Below, piece by piece: positions 23,396 to 36,805 of a stretch of DNA of 64,000 bases. Position numbers and translations under genes: made by a program. The stretch comes from Schmidtea polychroa (lineage: Eukaryota), in assembly GCA_044892525.1 (NCBI GenBank), contig CM097885.1, positions 37,448,001-37,512,000 on the forward strand, read 5' to 3'. Below the pieces are notes generated by a model. That model saw only the letters and a program-made list of their open reading frames with translations. It did not search any database and had not been told where the DNA came from. Every line of letters starts with the position of its first letter. Position 1 is the stretch's first letter.

Positions 23396-26300
23396 AGTAA
23401 CACACGAAGAATGTAAAAGGTAACTATTCCAAGTTTATTTATCTGTTTCATTTGGAATAATTAATAAAAGATAATCTTGAATTCAATCATAAAACACGAA
23501 TTTTTACAGGGAGACCGGAATAGTCTCCGTATCCACCTGCTGAATTTAGAGTCCATTATTCGCAGATGTAAGTTTTCCACTGAAAATTATTATTGTATGT
23601 CATAATATAAGCAACATGTCACTCATATTCAACATTTCAATAGAAATTCTTAAATTAATTATTTCAATTTGAAATTAAACATAATTTATGAAAATTTCAA
23701 TGATTTTCATATTATAAACTCGATTTGTTTTATAAAAATAGTTTTAAAGTTATTAAAAGTCAATACAAAATTTTGATAATATTTTTGTCTAGATTTCACC
23801 TAATAAATGTGCAAAGCATGCGTCAACTCGAATATCTCTTCGGTATTTTAAGTTGAAAGATATTACAATGTCAGCATCAGATTAAGAGAGAGAAAGTTGG
23901 TTACTGGACCAAAACAGAAAACTACCTTTTAAAACTCTTTCTATATATCGCTCTTTTACATTCTCTCAAAATTTAAATTTCAATATGCATGTTCAATGTT
24001 ATGAAATATCTAATATTACGCAAAATTCCCCAGTTAAGAAATTAATTTGGAAGAAACATTTTATTAATATTTTGAAAGAAATTTTGAAAATATTAATAAA
24101 ATTGAAAATTTTCAAAAGTTAATTATAGGATCTTCGATCGATCTTAAATTTTGGAAGAATGCATTGTTCTCGACGACGAATCTATCTCTCAAATTTCAGG
24201 TCGATTCGATCACACAAAGTCGGTTAATTTACAGTCGCAAGATTTGCGTGCCTCATACAAACATTCAAATATATATACAAAGTAAAGTAAATAGAGTTTA
24301 AAAATATACCGTCAGCCGCACAGTTTTATTTATTATAAAACATTATTACAGAATACATTATACATGCATATATTACTTGATGCATTGGCATTAACAATTG
24401 CATTTCATTAAATTGTTTGTTTATGAAATATGTTTCGTTTTGCAGTGAGACTTGCATTTCTAATTTCACATTTCATTCGTCTTTAGTATACTTTTTAGAA
24501 TTATAATGTTTTTGTTCAAAATGTCGTTTCAAATTGTGTAATTTTATTATTGAGGTAGTTTTCTTTCATCTGGACAATAAAATATCAATTTTCCATTTAT
24601 TTTTAAATTGTCTGTTTTCTTTTCAATTTTTTTTTCTTACCAGACATAATGAAAAGAAAGGATTTAAAAAAATAATAATTAAAAAAAAAATAAATAAAAA
24701 ATTAAAAATGAAACCAAAAATAATTTACTCAATAATATTGCTTATACACAATATTTTTAAGCCAGAACAAGTGTCCTATAATTATAAATTAAATAATAAT
24801 GAACTTTTTTACTTTATAAAATTTAGACACGGAAAATTTTCCCTTGCAATCATTGCAATGAATAAAATTTTGAAATGAATTTCAGACATTTCTTACTTTT
24901 TTTCTGCACAAAAAGTAAAGTAATATATGAAAAACAAATTGATCTATTTCTATTTTTATTTTCATTGTACTAAAAATTTGTGCAAGAAGGTTAAAGAATC
25001 TATAGTTATATATTAATGTCACTCTTGTAATTACTAACTCCATATGGCCTTCAATGCTTATAAAACGTTATCCCGCCCAGAATTATTTAGCAAATAGAAC
25101 CACAAAAAGCCCCCCACCCATTTAAATATTATTAAATTATGACAACCAGTAGTCAATTCATGTATCGCTACCGCACCGGCATTGAACAATCTCCTCCTTC
25201 CTGATTCCATTGCTATGAAAAGCGACAAAGCTTTACAGGAGAATCGTGAAACATAAATAAATAAATAAATCCTGGAGTTTTTGATTTCCATAAAATACTG
25301 ATTCTAATATTGGTATAATGAATAATAGAATTTGGCACCAATATTCCACGAATTTCTATTAATTTCTGATTTCATTGAAATCATGTATTCTGAAATTCCT
25401 TTGAAATAAAATCACTTTCTGAAGTTCTTGAAAACTATAAAGTTATAAATTCTAAAACTCTAAAACTTATAATTTTTCTTCTCTAGTTGATATCGAAATT
25501 TTGCAATAATAATATTATTTTTTCATCGGCTTCATTATTCAAAAAAAAGACGGAATCACCGACTCCAGTTTTTCTGCCGGAAATTGAAGTCATTCATCTT
25601 TCCACTGAGCATAATATGAGCAAGTTGTCAGTGCTCATAAAAGGTTTGACTGTTTTCTAACGAAACCGAGAGGAGAGTGATTATAAATTGATATAGATAT
25701 ATAAGATATGTTGTGACCACTGGAAGCGGCTGATGGGCCAAGTGTCAAGATTTTTGATTGTATAAACTCGTTAAATTCTGCACGGTGAAAAATTGATTTA
25801 ATAATTGTTTCCAATGGACAGTCACGGAGATGATGCTGCAAGATCCATCAATTGAAAAAGTAGATTTTATTTTTAGAATTTTTAGAGCTGGCATTTTTCT
25901 GCTCTATAATGACGTTTCGGGAATTTAATATATTATATATTAATTTAAATATTATTTAATAATCAGTAAAATCTTTCATTCTTTCACCATTGATCTATTT
26001 TGATTTTTGATTTTATTTATCTACTTATTAAATTATAAATTAATATTTTTATTTATTTGATATGAATTTTTGGCGCTGCCTTTTTCAAGAGTATATTTTA
26101 CAACTTCGCTTTCTTTTATGTTAAATTTAGATATTTTATTAATTCACCGAAATACTTTGAAATAATTATTTGTGGATTTTTATTCAACAATAAAAATATT
26201 TTAAGCTTTCTATTGAATTAAAGTTCCCCTCAAAACCTGTGAACTGATTCATTCCTAAAAAATCTAATAATCAAGAAACCAGTAAAGATGGAAATGAAAG

Positions 26301-26929
26301 AGACAAAAAACTTTCCTCGCTTAGCTCGACGAAATTCAAATCGAATCAAGAGTTACACTTTTAAAACAAGCATAATAAATTTAACAGTTTCAGTGAGGCA
26401 AACACCATTCACTCCAGGAAATAAAATAAATTTAAATAACCAAGAATAATTAATCATACGTCATGTCTCAACTTCCTGCTCGTACCTGGATAATCTCAAA
26501 CTGAATCTTATATCACCTCCCTGGCAAAGTGTAATACACGTAGTACTGAACTTGAAATCTCTAGGGTCTTGCATAATATCTTTGCTTAAAATGTTGTCAT
26601 TCCGGGATCTTATATACTCGGTTTAAATTCTCTGTAATTTTTTGTTGTACCGAAAGGTTTTTACAATTACTTTTTTTTTAATTAACTAAAATTGAATAAA
26701 AAAATTTGTTGATTTATTTATATTTAATAGGATTAGGAATTTTTCTATGTTAAATAAATTATATCCCATTAATCATAACATTTCCAAACTTTGTCTTCTT
26801 ATTGTTAATGAATAATAATTTAATAATTAAAAAACAATGTATTTATAAAAAAATTGACTATAAATCAGTAAATATATCGATGTCTTTTGATATCATTATT
26901 GATTCACAGTCAATATTTTTCATAAATAC

Positions 26930-26935
<6 letters not shown>

Positions 26936-26986
<51 letters not shown>
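26936..26986. repeat. (AT)n microsatellite, target of the adjacent transposon
   Basis: Direct observation; the tract resumes at 30149. Confidence 0.97.
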
Positions 26987-26989
<3 letters not shown>

Positions 26990-29900
26990 GGTGGGTCGAA
27001 TGTTAATAAATTTTGAGTTCAAGAAAGGAAACATGGTTAAAAAGTTGTATTTTGGTATAGAAAAATCGAATCAAACCATTTTACTTAGATTTATGGACAT
27101 TTACTGCTCCCAACTTTTCTCCGAAAATGCAGTTCAACATAAGTGTGAAAACAATGTAATTTGGCTAGTGTCGGAATGTGTTTTGCGCCTTTGTCCATAT
27201 TTAGATGTAGCTTTCTTAATAGCTTATAAGTATATTATTTACTCTCTTGGGCTGAGATAGTATATTCTGTGTCCTCATCCCGCATTGAAATATATCCTGA
27301 CAACGTCAGTGATTAGGAAGGGCCAAATTTGAATTATCCTTTTCAAAGACAAAAATCAACTTTCGAAATTATTTTTTATTAAAAACATCCAGCCAAAAGT
27401 TTAGAAATGTATTAGCGAGGGCATAAAAAGAAGTCACATGAAATCAGCTTTGCTTTGCACCTTGGGCAATTCCTTCCTTGATTTTTTACACAGTAGTACC
27501 ATACCATGTCTGGACTTGTGACCAAACACTTTGCAACTGGCAGAAGAAACATCTTTGATGTCTCTTTCAACGGCTTGAGAATGACAGGGAAATTGTTCTA
27601 ATGTAATTTTCTTATTCATCTTCAATTCATGATCCAATATATGAGATAAAAGAGGGGGAGGCGTCAAATTACATTTTGTCCAGTCAATCATGTCAACATA
27701 TGATGTAGCAGACGACTGAAGAAAGACAGTATTCTTGTCCATAGTGCGAATCACTTCGGAAGGGAGAAAATTTTGTCTTGCAGTTATGATTTTTTCTGTT
27801 GCAAACTTTCTGATTTCTTCATCATCATCACCAACAGCAGCTAGGAGTATATTTTCTGGATGTGAGAAGTAATTGTTGTTCTGAATGACAGGAAAGATGA
27901 TTTCTTGGTCTGATGGATCCAAATCCTGCAGAAGTTGGAGCATATAAAAAATATTTCTTGCACCATCTTGGCATGACGAGTGAGTCTTTATATAAAACCA
28001 TGACGGTCCATAGAAATTGACAATAAATTTCACTATTCGCATGAGAGGTTCAGATGGAGCAGTTTCGGACATATATAGTCGCAGAATTCTATTAGCTTTC
28101 GTTAGCCAGCGACTGTGATTCAAATTTCCTGGTTGTGTCATTTGTAGAAAAGGGACATCCTTGTTGTTGTGGTACCCTTTCTGGACTGCCAAGCATACTC
28201 TGAGGAAATACAATTGATCAGTGTTCAATTCTTTCTTGACATTTTCACTAATATCTACGACCTTTCCAGGAAGGGACATAAAGGCTACTACAGGCTTGTC
28301 TTTTGGATCAAAATCAAGAACGCTTCCTATATGACGTTTTTGGACCTTTTGTTTCTCCACCATCGACGACTGAAAAATACTTCCTGAATGGCAATTCATT
28401 TGCATGCAACAAGCATATCAGCCATTGTAGAGGTCGCCCTAGGCTTTTTCGAGTCTTCTGATTATTCCATTATTTTTTCCGGTGTTTGTATTGGTTCCAT
28501 CGCACACAATTGCTTGAAGGGTCAGTGAGGACTGCGTGCTAACGATGATTGACATGATTTCTTTGCCAATATCCACAGCTTTACTACTTTGAGGTACAAC
28601 ATGATCGATATATGTATCCCCTGGAAAGGCGACAATCACATAATGCTCCTCTTTTAGGATCCTTCTATGAAGTAAGGTGGAATCTTGTTTCCCGTCGAAA
28701 CCGAGGCAAATCAAGTTTTTCGCTTCTGCTGAATGCTGTTCAATTTCTCTCTCCCTCCAGTACTTTTTCTGACGCCGTAATTTTGCGGGATTGATGATTG
28801 TTTGAGAGGATAACAGTTCCATATCTTTCAGAAAAGCGTTTACTAGCAAACACGTGTCTCTGTTGCTCACACCACATCTGTCAACAGCTTTACTTAATTC
28901 AGGATAATGTCTTCTATTTTGAAATTCATCACATTCTTCTACGCTTGACTCTGAGCTTTCTGTTGAATTGTCTAACTTATCTTTACTTTCATCACTAGCG
29001 GCTTCACTCTCCGTGTCACTTCTTGAGGTCGGATGTAGATCGTTAACTTCAGTGTCCATTATTTCATTTTTCATTTGTTTTCCTTTTCCTGTAGGGCTGC
29101 TTTTCGTTTGTTTTCTCTTCAATTTTGAGGTTTCCTGTCTGTCCGTATTTCCGATTTTCATGTTTCTGGTAGTTTGTTGGTCAATCCAGAACTCCCACTC
29201 TAAGGTAGGAATTTTCAAGGCCAATCGGCATGTACACTGACTTCTTCCACGAGCACCATCATTAAAACATTTGCAGCAACATATGTCAAACAATTTGGAA
29301 AACGAGCTTAACTTATCTTGAAATTTGGCAGATGACCTCTTGCATTCTGGATACTTCTCTAATTCACGCACTTTTGATATTAGTCGCTTGACACGAACCA
29401 CAATACTACTGAACTCAACAGTTGGGATACTTGCCTTCATATAAATTTCCTTCACCTTATTTGCGAGAAGAGTTGCTTGTTCGTTAAAGCCAGTATGAAA
29501 TTGCGTACATTTCTCATTGTAACAGTAATCACGAAACACATCTTCACAAGTAGGTAATTGGTTTCTGGGTAGTTCACAAGTTTGACCAAACAGACAGTGA
29601 CGTGATTTACTTCTTGTTTTGCGAAATTGCTTATTTCTCTGTCCCTTCATAACTGCTCTTCTGTACTCAGCTCTGGCAAAATAAAAGTGAATCATCAAGT
29701 TAACTTTTTTAATTAGGTCCAGCAAACACTTGACATCCAATCGAAACAAATTAAATTATCTGAGTTTAGACTGACTAGTAGTATCCATGTGGATTATGTG
29801 TTGACTGTAGTGTGTGTGTTAGTATTGTTCAGAAGAAATTGTCTTTGTGAGTGCTTGTGTGAAGGTGCTTCCGTGAATTAACCTCTCTATACATGCACGC

Positions 29901-30148
29901 GTTAGCTTGGACTTGTGAATAGAGCATGTCAAAAATGGTCTTTCTGCAAGCGTGTGACTGCTTGCAGGATGAATTTACAATGGCACGTGTGCGAGCATTT
30001 TTACTGGGATAGTACTAATACATACAAACAAAAGTTGGGACCTGTAAACCCTTTTAAACAGCAGTCTTTTGCAGGGATATTTCATTTTCTAGCATAAGCA
30101 CAACTTTTTAGGCATGTTTGGAGAAAAAAAAATTTTCGACCCACCCTA
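26987..30148 (-). mobile_element. Full-length hAT-superfamily transposon (hATm-like group), 3162 bp
   Basis: Perfect 14-bp TIRs TAGGGTGGGTCGAA/TTCGACCCACCCTA, flanked by ATATATAT on both sides (consistent with an 8-bp TSD); internal transposase. The hATm label is from recalled family features. Confidence 0.85.
27434..29749 (-). pseudogene. hAT-type DDE transposase with two frameshifts
   Basis: CLGFDGKQD (D1), IVCDGTNTNTG (D2), then after a 1-bp loss near 28440 GRPLQWLICLLHANELP (CxxH), a second shift near 28335, NHSRWLT and PCHSQAVERDIK (E). Confidence 0.85.
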
Positions 30149-30539
30149 ATATATATATATATAGGTTTAAGTACTAACCCCAACAGTTGTTAATATAAAT
30201 TTTTGCATAATTCATATCCATCCATTTTGTAGACCGCGAAAGTCTTGAAACTATTCATTAACTCTGCGTAATAATCTCTGAAATTCTTTATTTTTATGCA
30301 ATAATGAAAATTTGACATTGTGTCTTTCCGTTGGTGTAAAGTTTTCTGCAATCAGATTAATGGGTATATCAAGGGTGACAATAAAAATTCAACACAAAAT
30401 TTCAAGATCTTCAATAGGATCATTTCTTGATTTATAGATAAATAATATTTTTTGTGACGAGTTTTAATCATTACTGTTAATGGTGAAACATTTGTTGAAA
30501 GCAACGTTATTGTTTTTTTCTCTTTAAAATTTGTTTATC

Positions 30540-31380
30540 GGTTTTAACACATTATATGCGGGTATATATATACCAACACCATCGATACTGTCTAATAAAA
30601 CTGCTATAGTGAACATTAGGAATACGGACAACATGTGCTTTAATATATAGTTTACTTGCGGTATTAAAACATGATCAGAATAGAAATCATTGAAATAGAG
30701 TGAGCAAGTATACTAGTTTCTTGGTGAGATTAATTATAACCCTATAGCTGATTGACTCATGTAGCTGTGTAACATTCCAAAATTTGAGAGGTAAAATCAT
30801 CATCTAAACCTTGTTCAAAGTGTATTTTCATACAAGCATGTAATTTTTAAAGATGAAGACAATAATGATGATGATTATGTGCCAAACACTACCAATTTTT
30901 AAATCATAAATCGACAAAAGCACTTAGTTGCGTTCTAATTATGCTAGTGAGCTTTATAGAGATTTATTTAAGCTTTATAATAATATTATTAGAACTTTTT
31001 CAATTTTCACCACTGATTTCTTCTATTGAGACCAAAATGTTATAGTCTTTTAGCCTCTAAGGCTAGCATGAAAGCAAAAGGAGTTAAATTCATTGAGACT
31101 GAAATTAATCATCAATCATATCTATATTATTATAACTTGATCGAGATATTCTCACTACCACAACACGTAATCATCAATTATGTAAATTTAAAAATATAAA
31201 AATCACCTCGTCAAACAATGATGACAAGTGATTGTGTGTGGAGAAAAATACCATATTTGCATAAGGGTATTATTTAGGAGACGATGCACATGATGATTAT
31301 GATGGATCAAGAACTAGTTCAAGAGGATCAAAATCGTCTGGATGAAATATTTACTAACTTGTTTGATTCTGTGATTTGAT
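30540..31380 (+). pseudogene. Internally deleted Polinton pPolB relic
   Basis: N-terminal GIYIPTPSILSNKTAIVNIRNTDNMCF/YSLLAVLKH, RVSKYTSF, NIPKFER; then C-terminal KAKGV and KITSSNNDDK*..A*GYY, paralleling 11461-11751. Confidence 0.55.
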
Positions 31381-31462
31381 TTTAATCAAAATGATTTTTT
31401 AATATATTTTAAAAATTTATTATTCAATTTTTAATTTTATTTTATAAACTATCGCACTAGAC

Positions 31463-32115
31463 CAGGAGCGGCCAACAGGCGGCCCGCGGGTCATCAATTG
31501 GCATGCTTTAATATTTTGAATATATAATAAAAACTTTTTAAAATACGATATAATACAAAAAATGTAATAAATGCAACACAAAGAATATATAGTTAATAAT
31601 TACAATACAAACTATAAAAATAGTTAAAACTATAAGAATAGTTAAAACGTAATGTTTTTGTGCAAGAATGTTTTTTGAATGTAAAGTGTTTTTTTTCAGT
31701 TGGTAGCTTTACGAACTGTAGTAAAAAATGTAATAATGGGCCGCCGGTAAATATTGAACAAAATTTATTGTTTATTTCATATTTTTATCTATTTTAACCA
31801 ATTAGTTTTGTATGCTACATTTTGAAAATTTGCCCGATTCATTATGCTTTATAATCAGGGCTATCAAGTATAAATAGTGCCAGTTTATCCTGTACCTAAG
31901 AAGCATAATTTATTTAATATGCACGCAAATGCTTTATTGTTTTTTTAGCGGTTGTCTCAGACCCCACTACGGGCTATTACTGCGCTTCTCCTGTTCCTTA
32001 GTTGGAATTAGCACAGAAGCATTAGTTAAAAATTTACGTCTTTCAAACCTGCGGCCCGCCGCATTATTCAAAAATATTGTAATGGCCCTTTTACCAAAAA
32101 GGTTGGCCACCCCTG
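31463..32115. mobile_element. hAT (Charlie-type) MITE
   Basis: TIRs CAGGAGCGGCCAAC/GTTGGCCACCCCTG; perfect 8-bp TSD CACTAGAC (31455-31462, 32116-32123). Confidence 0.9.
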
Positions 32116-33989
32116 CACTAGACCCTTTGCTGATGATTTTAGTCTTTGTATTTTTTAAAAAATGTTCATTGACATGTTTTGTTGTAAAATATTGATATAA
32201 AAATTTTGTCATAAAAAGTTATAAAAGTTTGATTTGAGAAATTTAATTTGGGGACTTTATAAAATTTGCTAAAATTTATTTGTGGTATTTTTAATTTTGG
32301 GAATTTTTTGAGTTGGAATATATTTCCTGTAACTTTTATAAGAATAAATGTTTAATTATAAGAACTTTTTTTCAATTTTCACCTCTGATTTCTTGATTTA
32401 ACCAAAGTTGACTACGAATCAGTAAAGATATTGATGTTTTTATTGATATTCATAAACTTTTCTTCCTTAACTAGGCTATGTACCCAGAAGGATATAAGCT
32501 AAATATTTGATTAGGGATATTTTAAATACCTTTGCAAATATATATGTGATATATACTCGATGACGCTAAAGAATATAAATATAAATTAGAATGAGGTAAT
32601 GGTTTATATAATACGTCATAGATAGGCTAAAAATGACAGTTCTTTCCAATAATTCCACGATACTTTGAAAAATATTTAACTCATTTGAAGTTTGTTGTTA
32701 CTAGATTTCAAAAGAATCCTTCTATTTCTTCAAAAATCCTTCAAAAAACCTCATCCAGGGTGACTATTTATAAATCAATAAGAAAGTTTTCATCTGGCTG
32801 TAAAAGTATCTTTGAAAGCCTGAAAAGTTGGAAAACAGTATAAATTTGTTGAGAAAAATTTCCAAAAATGTAAGAAAGAAAAATTATACAAATAAAGTAT
32901 GTCCACTAAAAAAGTTTACTAAACTTCAAAACTATAATACATTTTTTATTTTTACCACATATCAAAACAGTAATCAGTCTTTACATTCATGATTGGATAA
33001 TTGAGTTAAGTCTCTTTTCAGAGAATTGAACGATCTTTTGTTTGATTTTATGAAATAGATTATGAAAGTATATGGATGGAAACTCTTTTGCCTTTATGCA
33101 TCGTCATAGTTGAGCTTCATTTTTGGCAGTCCACTCATTTCCATACACTTTTGCATCGAGATGAACCAAGAAACGCTCATTAGAGGGTTCGTGACTTTTT
33201 GAACAAAAGGTTTTGTTTATTCGAAGCGATTCCAAAGTTAAATTGGCTTATATGTAAAAAAAGTTATCTAAGAAAAAATTACCTCAGACGTTACAGTCTA
33301 CGGTGAATGAGGAATAAATAGTAGTTGTTAATATTTTTTAGAAAATTGTTTAAATAAAATTGTTTCCTTTAAATTCTATGCTTAAAATGTTTCTGATTTG
33401 TTTGGCCATATTATTAAAAAAGGAATGCAAAGGGAGTTGAGAGAGTATTTGATTTATTTCAAATGAGTCAAATTTAACGTTCATTAATGCCATCGGAGAA
33501 CAAATTTAAAAAAGTTTCAATTAAAAAGATGCTAAAGATTTTGCTTGGTAAATGCATGGCTCATTGATGGAATGGAGGTTAAAAGTGAATTCGTGTGAGA
33601 TTTGTGCAGATTTATTTCACCTTTCTATGTGGAATGCATTTTAAGAAAAATGGGAGTAATAAATTTTACATTCTAATTTAAATTATACCATCTGCAAAGG
33701 TAATTGTTTGAAAGCCATCTATGTACGATATATGCATAGAATACTTTCCGCTGATCTTCACGACTACATCAATGAATATGATATCTTTTTAATGGCCCCC
33801 TACTAAAATTGGTAAAATGAAACTGAATATATACCTGTTGGTAAAAAAGAATATTAATATATTGAAATTAAACAACAAAACAAATAAATCAAAAAATATT
33901 TATCTATAATCATGTTCAAAATTATTCAAATATTCAAGTATTCAAATACGTAAAATTAGTATAAGTATTCGATTATTCGATAGATTCTT

Positions 33990-34803
33990 TCAGCTATTCT
34001 CCGCAAGTTTTGTACAACACTGTAACGAATGCTTACGTAACAAGGATTGTCGACTAAATGATCGGGGACATTTATCACACTGGTAACGTTTACGAGTCGT
34101 ATGCGTTTGCATATGAGCTCGTAAATTCGATCGGTCTGCAAACGCTCTTTGACATCTATTGCATACGTACGGCCGTTCACCAGTATGAATTCGTAGATGA
34201 CCTGAAAGTAGCCACATTCGAGAGAACGCTTTGCCACACTGAGGGCAAATACAAGGCGGGTTATGGGTCCGCTGATGCATTTTCAAAGCACTTGAACTGT
34301 TGTGTTTCTTGCCACACAGAGGACATTCGTGAGATATTGAATTCACAATGAATATTGATTTCCCTGAACTGTCGGAACTTGGAAGACCGCTATCTGTATC
34401 AGTAATCGATTCCGTTGGTAGAAAGTTTTGATTTTCAGAATTTAACAACGAGTGAAATGTGCTAGGAGACGGGTAGTTGATTAATTTTGAATCCCAGACA
34501 GTCATCGACGGATACAGTGGCTGGCAAAACGGTAAGCGTTCTTGCTGTGATACTAAATAATGATAAAGATATGTTGCCCTGCGAATGATTTCGAATTTTT
34601 GATTATTATTCATGATATCTATTGGTTTACATGTTGAATTTGTCATTTGATTTCTAATCGAGCTGACAATCATTTGAATAACATTGAACTTGGTTACATA
34701 TGGAACCATTTGATGCGCCAACTCATAATTTTCGAGAATAGATCCTAAAAACAATTTCCACGTCAAAATATTTTTGAAAAATTTATATTTGTAACCTACC
34801 CAT
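33990..34803 (-). CDS. snail: Snail-family C2H2 zinc-finger transcription factor; predicted join(34803-34800, 34744-33990), 252 aa
   Basis: Four fingers: [38 protein letters not shown] linker, [21 protein letters not shown], and terminal C2[14 protein letters not shown]. The FSRxWLLxGH and [10 protein letters not shown] helices are diagnostic of Snail/Scratch. The track start is TTG; a 55-nt GT..AG intron (34799-34745) joins ATG-G in frame to GA-TCT. Confidence 0.9.
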
Positions 34804-34909
34804 AATTTTGAAAATCTATTCGATTAATAGATTGATAGGTAAATTTCCACTCATCTCATTGAAATAACGCAAAATCTACTTAAATATCGCAAACAATCAA
34901 TTTCGCTGT

Positions 34910-34945
34910 TCTATTGGTTGAATTTCGAAACACTCCACCAATCAA
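34910..34945 (-). promoter_or_regulatory. Two oppositely oriented CCAAT boxes upstream of snail
   Basis: ATTGG at 34913-34917 and CCAAT at 34938-34942, about 110-140 bp upstream of the predicted ATG. Short motifs, weak evidence. Confidence 0.3.
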
Positions 34946-35194
34946 CGTTGACAAATTAAAATAAAAATTAAATTGCTGCTTTTGACACAGATCAACAATA
35001 TTTTTGNNNNNNNNNNNNNNNNNNNNNNNNNNNNNNNNNNNNNNNNNNNNNNNNNNNNNNNNNNNNNNNNNNNNNNNNNNNNNNNNNNNNNNNNNNNNNN
35101 NNNNNNNNNNNNNNNNNNNNNNNNNNNNNNNNNNNNNNNNNNNNNNNNNNNNNNNNNNNNNNNNNNNNNNNNNNNNNNNNNNNNNNNNNNNNNN

Positions 35195-36016
35195 TGATAA
35201 TTTAAGCCATTTGCTGCAAATAATGTATTTAATGAAAAAATTTTCGACTATAAGATCATGGCCGTATTAATAAGTTTGAGCGCCCTGGACTAAATAAAAT
35301 TTTGCACCCCTACATACTTTTATTATAAAAATTCAATTTTATTTTCAAAAATTCAAAACTTAAATATGTATTTACGCAAAACAAAATTCAAAAAATTTAT
35401 ATAAATATGTGAATTAAATATTAATTTTTAATTTAAATATGTCTTTTGCGGCATTTATTTTTAGAAAATATATCAATAATTTTCTTGTGATCCAGTTTCT
35501 CAAGGACATCTGATTCTATTGACAAAATACTTAAATTATTTAATTTGTATTGTCCTAAAGATGATCTTAGATGATTTTTTATTCTATTGAGAGTTGAAAA
35601 CGACCTTTCTCCGCTACAATTTGTACATGCGATACTTAAATATATTCGTAGAGCTGTTGTTATATTCGGAAAAGTGCATTCAATTTGCGATTCAATTATT
35701 GTTATATTTTTTCTCATCCATATAAATTATATGGATGAGAAAAAATATAACATTGAACACATTACTAACTTAAATCACAGATACGCTAAATATAAAGAAA
35801 ATTACTTTTTTTTTAATTAAAAAAAATCAATTAAATTTCACCATCTTGTTTTCTTAGAACCCTCGGATCGATGGCGCTCCTGGGCTGTAGCGCAATTAGC
35901 CCTATGGTTAATGGGGCCATGTATAAGATAGTCCTTGTCAATCTCGACAAGGACTATCTTATAGTCGAAAATTTTTCAATAAATACATTATTTGCAGCAA
36001 AAGGCTTAAATTATCA
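35195..36016. repeat. Near-perfect foldback palindrome interrupted by a hAT element
   Basis: Removing 35257-35921 and one TSD gives TGATAATTTAAGCC..TTTTCGACTATAAGATAGTCCTTGTC-AATCTC-GACAAGGACTATCTTATAGTCGAAAA..GGCTTAAATTATCA, with arms of about 70 bp running into the gap. Confidence 0.85.
35257..35921 (-). mobile_element. Non-autonomous hAT deletion derivative with dimerization-domain remnant
   Basis: TIRs CATGGCCGTATTAA/TTAATGGGGCCATG; perfect TSD TATAAGAT; internal FPNITTALRIYLSIACTNCSGERSFSTL..SIE. Confidence 0.9.
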
Positions 36017-36028
36017 TTTTATCGTTTT

Positions 36029-36094
36029 AAATAATAATAATAATAATAACATAATAATAAAATAATAATAATAATAACAATAATAATAATAATA
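36029..36094. repeat. (AAT)n/(AAC) imperfect microsatellite
   Basis: Direct observation. Confidence 0.9.
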
Positions 36095-36419
36095 AATTGT
36101 ATTTTTATACATAATTGGCTTTGGGTATCTTGCAGTACAAATTTATTTAAACTATTAATTGATTATAAGAACTTTTTTTTCAAATTTCACCACTGATTTA
36201 TTTTCCATCGACATTGTATTTATCACCACCATGTCAAGAGTTACGCCCTTAGTCTGAAGGTATAGCTGTGTAAGATTAACTTCTTCAAGTACATCACGCT
36301 AAAAGAAGAGGTAGACTGGGACAGAAACGCCGAAGCAGGCCTCTGGAAAAAGTGCACGTCACCGCCGCCATTCTAATTTCATGGAGTGACATAGAATCAT
36401 ACACAGTGATATTTTGCAT

Positions 36420-36484
36420 TTTGTTGTCACCCCTTGTGATGGAGTGACCCGGTGCGGTCTGCAACCCCCTAGTGACGCCTTTGG
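36420..36484 (-). mobile_element. hAT-MITE-like terminus
   Basis: Minus strand GGCGTCACTAGGGGGTTGCAGACCGCACCGGGTCACTCC resembles common hAT MITE ends. Partner end not identified. Confidence 0.4.
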
Positions 36485-36805
36485 CTAGTAATACGTTATA
36501 TATTAAAATTTTTACATCGTTGGCGTCAAAAATGTTTTCACTTAGAAAGCTCATATTTTTTCTCGAACTTTTGTGCTTTTAGTTCATAGTATGTATAAAC
36601 TTCTGGCATTTACATTGTGGTTCAAATACCAATTCTGAATGAATTTCATGAACAAAGTGGCACATAGGTTCATTTGCCAATGGTTTGAGTATTTTCCCAT
36701 ACTGAAATGACCAACAGTTCGAGCTTTTGACATTACTGACAAAGCAATTGTGGTTTACATGTTTACTACTGTTTACCTGTTTATTACTGTTCACTCTGAT
36801 TGTAC

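Noticed and set aside
25540-26640. Ac-type hAT or BED-finger fragments
   Set aside because: Only short weak matches (SVTVHW on minus, AKCNT on plus) in conflicting orientations.
34745-34766. Snail start at 34766 as given by the ORF track
   Set aside because: The codon is TTG and lies within a predicted 55-nt intron; eukaryotic initiation there is unlikely.
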